NCBI GenBank assembly: GCA_951406725.2 | Contig: OX597825.1 | Coordinates: 47,492,001 to 47,556,000, forward strand | DNA from: Octopus vulgaris | Lineage: Eukaryota | DNA length: 64,000 nucleotides | Reading direction: 5' to 3' | Part shown: positions 54,900 through 64,000 of the stretch, in pieces | Layout: every line of letters begins with the position of its first letter | Position numbering within the stretch: the first letter of the stretch is position 1 | The notes under the pieces: generated by a model | Seen by the model: only the letters and a program-made list of their open reading frames with translations | Told to the model about the DNA's origin: nothing | The model's database searches: none | Translations under genes and position numbers: made by a program

Positions 54900-55857
54900 A
54901 TTGTTATCATTATTCACTGCGGGTACCTGTTCGGGGTATGTTTATTCGTAAAAATTTTCTTCTATTTTGTTATCAAGAGTACCAAGAGTCTTTTCGCCAG
55001 TGCTTCGTTGCTTTTGCCCCTTAACGGGAAACCTTTGCCTCTCTCCGCAAAAAGACTGAAACGCTTCGATAGCGTATTGAAGATGGCGGCATCAAGAAAA
55101 AAAGAAGCCTGTCCTCGAAACACTGAAGGGGAAACTTTACCCCTCACTAGTTCGCTTACAGCCGAGATATCCCTCCCCATATTTCAGTCTCTAAGCGAGA
55201 AAGTGTGTGCATGCTTAGTAGCAAAGGCAGCAGCAGCAGTAGCTACATCAACACCACCACCATTAGTAACAGTACAATGTCAAGCATGCAAAATAACAGC
55301 GAAGAGAGTAGTGACACGCTACTTGCTGTACAATGGAAGTAGCAAGACATATTTTCTGGGACCAACCTGGAGATTCTCTTCTATATAAACCCGGATGATA
55401 TGGAAAGAATCTCAAAAAGATCTCCCTGGAAAATGGAAGTTGCATCTAGTTGTTGAAGGCGTAAGATATAGATGTCCTGTGTGTGGGACCTGCGACCATC
55501 TCAGAGCATTCTGATTCTACAATCGCAAAAGGACAGGATAAAAGCGGGTCCCACTTCAGTTAACACAATCACCGTAAGAGAAACAGCAACATCATCAATA
55601 ACATCAACAATGTTTTGCTACAATAGAAGAAGCACCAACTGTAGAAGCAACGAATAATAAAAAGGAAAGATAATAGAATCTGGATCATTGACATGAATAG
55701 CATCGACAGTTTCAAGAAAGTTAACATCCACAATTGCAGGAACAGCAACAACAGTAACACCAACATCATCATCAACTCTGTTCGTAAGAGCAACTAATAT
55801 GGCGGAGAATATTGACAATTAAGAAATAACCGCCAACCAAGAGAGATCCCAACCATA

Positions 55858-55923
<66 letters not shown>

Positions 55924-56100
55924 TTCTCTCTCTCTCTTTCTCTCTCTCTCTGCTCCTTTATACTCCTCTCCTGCAAGCAAAACCACAGATATAATCATAG
56001 GAGAAAATATTCACTTAACCCCGTCCGAGTTAGAGTCTTCTGATAATTCTTCAGCTGACGAGGAGGCGGGAAAAGAAGGCAACCACCACCCAGGAAAATT
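54900..56100 (+). mobile_element. Probable Tx1-like LINE 5'/ORF1 remnant
   Basis: AAGATGGCGG start as at 38111. Degenerate 'VVEG...CPVCG...H...DC' knuckle near 55450-55520. Confidence 0.4.
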
Positions 56101-57229
56101 ATCTTTCGTCATTCATTTTTGGGGTCGATAAAATGCGTCCTAGTTGAGCATTGGGGTTGTGCAATCAACTAAATCCTTCTTCCAAAATGTCCTTGTACCT
56201 ATTGTAGAAAAGATTATTATTTTGGTAGAAACGATTAGTATTCAAATTCTGCTGAGGTCGACTTTTCCTTTTTATCCCTTTCTGGGTCGATAAAGTAAAT
56301 TCAAATTAAACACTGAGAATCGATGTATTCGATTTACCCACTTTCCCGAAATTTCTGACCTTGTGCTAACATTTGAAGCCATTATTAAACAAACTGCTTT
56401 AAATTAAACCTATACTAACATTTGAAACCTGTGCTAACATTTGAAACTATTATTAAACAAACTAATTTAGATGAAACCTATTCTGAAATTAAGCAAGGAC
56501 CAAACATAAATTTGGAATATGTCAAAAGCATAAAACTACATTTCTATTCAGGCACCCAGTTCTAATCAGTAATTGGATTATTAAAAACAACTGACTTAAC
56601 AGTATTTACTACAGTGATATTTTACTTGTTTACGGAAATGAGCAACATAGTACGAATTTCAAATATTTTCTCATGAGGACAAGAAAACTAACGTAGTTGA
56701 TAGAAGTTAAAATTTGTTTAGACATTGTTATACATTGTTATTGATATAATTTTGCTTCATGTATGTTTTAAGCAATCATTATCTTGCCTTGTCCTCAAGG
56801 AAACTAGTTTTCTAATAATACATTTGTAGTGTTTAAATACCACAGTTAGGCGTGGTATTTTCTATCGATGATCTTTCTTTCTATTTTTCTTATCTGACAA
56901 CAGTGACGCGCTGTATTTCAATATCTTCTATCTGTTCATCGTGACACGTTTGTTAGTTGGTTCACTCTACACCAATAAATTATTATCTGCTTATCGCTGA
57001 CGGTTAGCAATCGAGAGACAAGCATTAAACTCCACATGCACAGGTGTACTACACAGTGACTTAGTAGAGACATGAGAATAGAATATATTGCGGTATTTGT
57101 TCTGGTATTCTACATTCTAGGTTCAAAACCCGCAGCGACGAATTATTCCTTTATACATTGGAGTCGATAAATAAAATACCAGTTCAGTAGTGAGTCAATT
57201 TCACCACCACCGCCACCACTAATATTATT

Positions 57230-58320
57230 ATCGTCCCGGTTTGAGTCTGACCAAACTGGAGCGCCTACGCTTCCGCTTTCTGTGGAAGGGACGCGTTCCA
57301 CTAGTCAGGCGCTCTATTGCTGCCAACACCTGTTAGATGGAAGTCTGCGTATGCCGTGGCTATTGAAGTGCAGACATGCACTGAGGCTGCCGTATCTCCA
57401 ACGTTCCTAGACGGTGAGCAGGTGCGGTCACCGTTTGTCAGACGCGATTTCCTACAACTCGTCTCTTTGACTGAGCTTCAGTCCAGGATGAAACATAAAC
57501 TGGGGCAGGACCCCTGGCAGCTAGAGTGTCGTCATGTGTTCACACTCCACTGCTAATCAGGCAGTGCGGTCGGTGGAAGTTCCACTATGGCTTTTTATGG
57601 AGGATTAGTGGCGGGAAAGTGCGATGACATTCTCGGGGAGACTCTGGGTATCAACGAGAATGAGTTTGCTGGTCAGTTTCGGAGGTTTTTCGGGCCGGGG
57701 CCTATGGATGATTTCCAGAAATCCTTGGCCTGTCAGTGTTACTGCAGGGCACTGCCTTCACAAAAGTGCAGTCAACCGGGCTTGCCTGAGATGCCTGCAG
57801 AGCGACGAAACCGGTCTGTATGCTCTCATCCAGTACCCATAACAATATTATTATTATTATTAATATTATTATTATTATCATTCTTCTTCTTCTTCTTCTT
57901 CTTCTTCTTCTTCTTCTTCTTCTTCTTCTTCTTCTTCTTCTTCTTCTTCTTCTTCTTCTTCTTCTTCTTCTTCTTCTATGATTGTATTTCTAACTTGTGA
58001 GTTTATGTCGAACACCTGCCGTCGCGTGTGGGACGGATTCGGCTATTGTCCATTGTGAAGATAGTCCCGGCGTCTTCCTTTGGACGAGAAGGACAGGCTG
58101 TCTTTCTTTGCGAAAGAGGTTGTGTGGTGGATGAGATTGAAAGGGCTGAATACAGACACTTACCCCTATGGCCAAGCTCTCATCAACATTTTAAAGTTTC
58201 ACTTGAAAAGGAAAGTGAGGGGAAGAGGGTTCTTACTCTGGTACTCATGACTGTTGTGAGTTTGTGGGGTTTCAAAGAGCAGTCCTAAGATGTCAGCCTC
58301 TTTTGGAAAATTTTGTTGTT
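57230..58320 (+). mobile_element. Tx1/L1-clade LINE ORF2 3' remnant, interrupted by (TTC)n
   Basis: Nucleotide and protein homology to 41770-42430 and 37140-37450 (LER..FRFLWKG, RVGRIRL, LKRK). Confidence 0.75.
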
Positions 58321-58582
58321 ATTATCGATTGTTTTTCACTGTTTAAACGACATTCATGTAACCTCGCATTGAAATTGTCCTGTACTGTCCACAATGTTTT
58401 CTTAATGTAAACCCTTTGTGGTTAATAAATAAATAAATAATAGTAATAACAATATTATTATTATTATTATTAATATTATTATTATTATCATTCTTCTTCT
58501 TCCTCTTCTTCTTTTTCTTCTTCTTCTTCTTCTTCTTCTTCTTCTTCTTCTTTTTCTTCTTATTGTTGTTAATATTGATTGA

Positions 58583-59122
58583 TGTGCATGCCATCGAAGT
58601 GACACTGGGGTACAAATATACGAAGCCCAATGACGACCCATGACTATCCGCCTGATAAGGGTACACTAGGCACATGCATCACAATCATAGATGCGCGACT
58701 TGGTGATCTCATATCTCATATCAGCGCATCATCTTGCAGGTGGGGCCCAGTTAGAATTTTCTTCTGGTTATGTAGCCCAACCTGCTCGAATGTCGTTGAA
58801 TAAGGGTTTTTAAGAATGGTGGACAAACATCCATGTTACCAAAGGTGAATTATTCAAACCCCAAAGAATTCCACTAAACACATTGCTATGATGTTACCCC
58901 ACTACTTCTACTCGTGATCAGAGATGCATATATTGTCAGCCACTAAGGGATATGTTCAACTAGTTAAAGTCATGAAACTGACAAGCAAGTCTATGGGATT
59001 GAGCAGAATATTAATTATAGCCCATGTTTTATACCGAGACAAAACAATGTACGTGATATCACTTCCAATCAGTTAAGGTCAGAATCCATGAAAGCCAGTA
59101 CCTGGTACAGCATCAGGGATTT
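58583..59122 (-). mobile_element. ~540-bp element, copy 5 (more diverged)
   Basis: Reverse complement of copy 1, with (TTA)n flanks. Confidence 0.85.
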
Positions 59123-59140
59123 ATTATTATTATTATTATT

Positions 59141-59793
<653 letters not shown>

Positions 59794-59809
59794 GTTGTTG
59801 TTGTTGTTA

Positions 59810-62190
59810 TTCTATGTTTGACTTTTGCTTTACATTTGCACAAGCTGGCTCCAAGTCTCACCCAGAGACCTCAAGAGACAACAAGTTGGAAGTTCATGTT
59901 GGTGCCATATATTTGGTTTTGTACTTAGTGTTGTACTAGTGAATGCCTAACAAACCATACGAAAATTATGTTTGTTTTAAAACTTGAGATTACAAAGAAA
60001 GTATTTTGCGTAGGATATGAGCAGTATTTTGTGTAGGATATAGCGCAGGAGTGGCTGTGTGGTAAGTAGCTTGTCTACAAACCACATGGTTCCGGGTTCA
60101 TTCCCACTGCGTGGCACCTTGGACAAGTGTTTTCTACTATAGCCTCGGGCCGACCAAAGCCTTGTGAATGGATTTGGTAGACGGAAACTGAAAGAAGCCC
60201 GTCGTATATATGTATTTATATATGCGTGTGTGTTTGTGTGTCTGTGTTTGTCCCCTAGCATTGCTTGACAACTGATGCTGGTGTGTTTATGTCCCCGTTA
60301 CTTAGCGGTTCGGCAAAAGAGACCGATAGAAAACGTACTGGGCTTACAAAAGAATAAGTCCCGGGGTCGAGTTGCTCGATTAAAGGCAGTGCTCCAGCAT
60401 GGCCGCAGTCAAATGACTGAAACAAGTAAAGGAATAAAAGAGTTTCCATGAGCACAATCTTTTGAATTTCTGAAATTTTGGAGTTCAAGAGACAACAGGT
60501 TGGAAGTTCGTGTTGTTGTTATGCCTAGTGTGCCATATATTTGGTTTTGTATTTAGTGTTGTACTAGTGAAAGTCTAAAAAAAAAACGAAAATTATGTTT
60601 GCTTTAAAATTGAGATTACATAGAAAGTATTTTGCGTAGGATATGAGCAGTTCCCATGAGTACTATCTTTTGAATTTCTGAAATTTGGGGGTTTCCAGGT
60701 ATCTGAGTTAGGTAGTGGTCAGCCCCTTTTGCTATCATTCCCAGGGCACCTATGACAACAGGTATTTTTTAGTCTTCAGGTTCCACATTTTGCTGATTTC
60801 TATTTCCAGATCTTTATATTTGCTCAGGTTTTGGTAGGTCTTGACAGATACATTTATATTGATTGGGACAGTCATATCAATGGGCAGGCATGATCTTTGT
60901 CTGAAGTCTTTCAATATAGTGACTGGCATCTATCTTTCTGCCACTTTCAATGGTGAAGTTCCAGAGAAATGAGATGTGGTCATTTTCAAGCACTGGAGGT
61001 GGATTATGTTCCCACCAATTTTTATCATGGGGCAGGTCCAGGTTTTTGCAAATTACCCAGTGAATATACTGTGCTGTTCTATCATGCCTGCTGAGATACT
61101 CTGCTGGTCAAGATTAACATTGGATGTTTCTATCAATTTTCCTTCTGCACATTTACCGATGCTACACTGCATCCTGATGTCATCACTGTATTGCTAAACA
61201 ATCGCTAGTAAGCCCTGTAGCTGCTGGTCATCGTTCGCAAAGAGATTTAAATCAACCATGTAAAGGATATTATTTTACAACTGTATTGTACGTCATTGAG
61301 CAGTTTCGAGAGAGTTAATAAGGCTAGACAAAAGAGGAGTGGTGATAGTGATTCACCCTGGGAAATGCCACATGACATTCTTACATGTCCAGCGTTAAGA
61401 GATTCATTGTCACTGTTCAAAGTCAGTGTGGTTTCCCCATGATTTACAGACAAGACATTTCGCAGAGTAGATGCTATTTCTTAATCCAGCTATGTGGTAG
61501 ACCATCGACAAGTTTTTGTGTCGTTTGTGACAATCTTCTAAGATCATCTTTTTAATGAATAGCTGATCTTTACAACCATAGGACCCACGTTTAGATCCTT
61601 TTTGTTCATTAGGGAATATGCCACTTTCTATTAAAAACTATAGGTATATTCAGTCAAGACAGACGTTAGTATTTGATACTTTGCTGTTAAACAGGTTATG
61701 GGTCCATAATTTTTTGGTTCATTTGTTTCTTCATTTATTGGAAGTAGGAATGTAACACCATTAACTAGCTAAGAGGAAATCCTACTAGGTTGTTGCAAAA
61801 TATTCTTATAAAGTTTTGTTAGGAGTTCATGGCTTTCTAGAAAGGTATTCAACCAGAAGTTAGGAACTTTATCCTTTCCTGGAGACTTCTATTTGCTTGA
61901 CTTCCTGAGAGTAGATCTTACATCCTCTACCTTGAAACCCTCCCACTTTTGCTCCTCTAAGAAGTCTAAGGCTGTAGATATTCTATCAATCTAAGGGGCC
62001 TTTTCATTGTGTGTGTTTGCTTCTGCCCAGATTTTATTCCAAAATTCTTGCACTTCTTTTGATGGGATAGACTTTACTGTAACTGATATTTTCCCTATCT
62101 TCCTGTAGAAATTTCTTTGGTTATTGTTGAACATGTTGTTGTTTTTCATAACTTGCTACATGGGCAGCTTTAGCCCATACCTTTTCTTGT
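59810..62190 (-). mobile_element. Second R4/Dong family: two tandem decayed copies with duplicated 3' end
   Basis: LMGTAHILRK end occurs twice (about 60000 and 60630). SCGISQGESLSPLLFCLAL RT motif and KYKDLEIEISKMWNL. Confidence 0.8.
60042..60442 (+). mobile_element. Full-length tRNA-derived SINE inserted in the Dong 3' end
   Basis: A box GTGGCTGTGTGGTAAG, B box GGTTCATTCC, CORE-like GCACCTTGGACAAGT, internal (TA/TG)n, and a tail shared with the 15760 and 23535 copies. Confidence 0.88.
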
Positions 62191-62239
62191 TGTTGTTGTT
62201 GTTGTTGTTGTTCTTCTTCTTCTTCTTCTTCTTCTTCTT

Positions 62240-63045
62240 GTATTTGTACAGCTTCTAACGCTGGAGATGTACTACGGTGTCAGCTGTTCACTACCAGTGA
62301 ACTAAGATGACACCCCTTATTTTTCGAGCACCATCGGAGTATTTGAGCGGTTCCAAGCAGTGCTGTTTTCTGCAAGTGCCCCACCCTTATTGCAGCCCCT
62401 ATTTTTCTATGCACTTCTCATTTATTATAGGGTTCCAGCAATTTTGGTACTACTATCATCTTTTCAACGAACACAACTGCTTAACCTCCCAAGCTACCCT
62501 GTCATATCTATCGACTTTTCTTTCTTCCTTATCGTATACTTTATTGTCAGCTGGGCATGTTATGTCTATGATCCAGCATTGTTTGCTTTCTTGCATAGTG
62601 ACATTGGAGTACAAACATACGAAGTCCAATATACCTATCATAACTACATGCCTAATAAGAACATACCAGGCACATGCATCGTCTTTTGCAACTACCACTA
62701 TGCCTGCTTTACTATTCTCTATTTCATGATCGCACTGAATGATAAACTCTCTTCGGATCTTTGCATTATCATTTTTGATAATAACTTTGGGATTATGTTC
62801 CATACCACTTTTTTGCTCTGTCAAGTCCATGCTTGTTGCATTTTGTCCAGTTACTTTGCCATGACTTTGCCATGTTACTTTGCCATGACTCTCTCATATT
62901 ATTTCTTAGCTAGTGGCATACATTGACTTGCATATACCATACGGTTTCACCATTTTGTCCAGAAATTCTGCACTTATGACTTTCTGGTGTGTTGTCTATT
63001 CTGTATTTGATGTATTTGGTTCATAATGCTTGCTCTTAGGCAGCA
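62240..63045 (-). mobile_element. Third R4/Dong family, 3' end
   Basis: AA*EQAL.TKYIKY.ID, IQCDHEIE, CWIIDITCPAD...EERKVDRY and LLGTAQIL motifs. Confidence 0.75.
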
Positions 63046-63149
63046 CATATTATAAATGATTATTATTCATGTATAAGCGAGAGACCGAGAAGGAACAACA
63101 ATGTGCATATATAATACGTAGAGCATCTGTTTAGTTATGGATGGAGGCA

Positions 63150-63828
<679 letters not shown>

Positions 63829-63862
63829 TCTTATTATTAATGTTATTGATATTATTGATTAA

Positions 63863-63944
<82 letters not shown>

Positions 63945-64000
63945 GTTGTTGTTGTTGTCGTTGTTACTTTCAACATTTCTGGCTAGTCTAATATTCTTTC

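Noticed and set aside
60042-60115. tRNA gene
   Set aside because: The A/B boxes belong to a SINE head. There is no intact cloverleaf or Pol III terminator, and a SINE body follows.

Overview
AT-rich, microsatellite-dense animal genomic DNA. The SINE and repeat repertoire looks like octopus (coleoid cephalopod), but that is an inference. The only host gene I can support is the 3' part of a kelch-like 10 (KLHL10-like) gene on the + strand: five GT-AG exons (1418-1565, 5062-5231, 8661-8932, 23049-23140, 31181-31283) that splice in frame. Its BTB/BACK half lies upstream of the window. The rest is mostly decayed mobile DNA: Penelope-like elements (GIY-YIG), Tc1/mariner copies, a probable Chapaev3, a hAT remnant, Helitron/Helentron-like non-autonomous elements, Tx1/L1 and R4/Dong-clade LINEs, and tRNA-derived SINEs. 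Two observations stand out. (1) Several minimal type-I hammerhead-ribozyme-like motifs with non-canonical cores, including an apparent compensatory G3-C8 swap. They sit in short (TA)n-anchored, retrozyme-like repeats, and three are on the sense strand of the KLHL10 introns. (2) A ~540-bp structured, non-coding element with no tRNA head, present in six near-complete copies, always embedded in (AAT)n tracts and co-oriented and interleaved with R4/Dong LINEs. This suggests a TAA-microsatellite-targeting autonomous/non-autonomous pair. All calls are by eye; no searches or folding programs were run.
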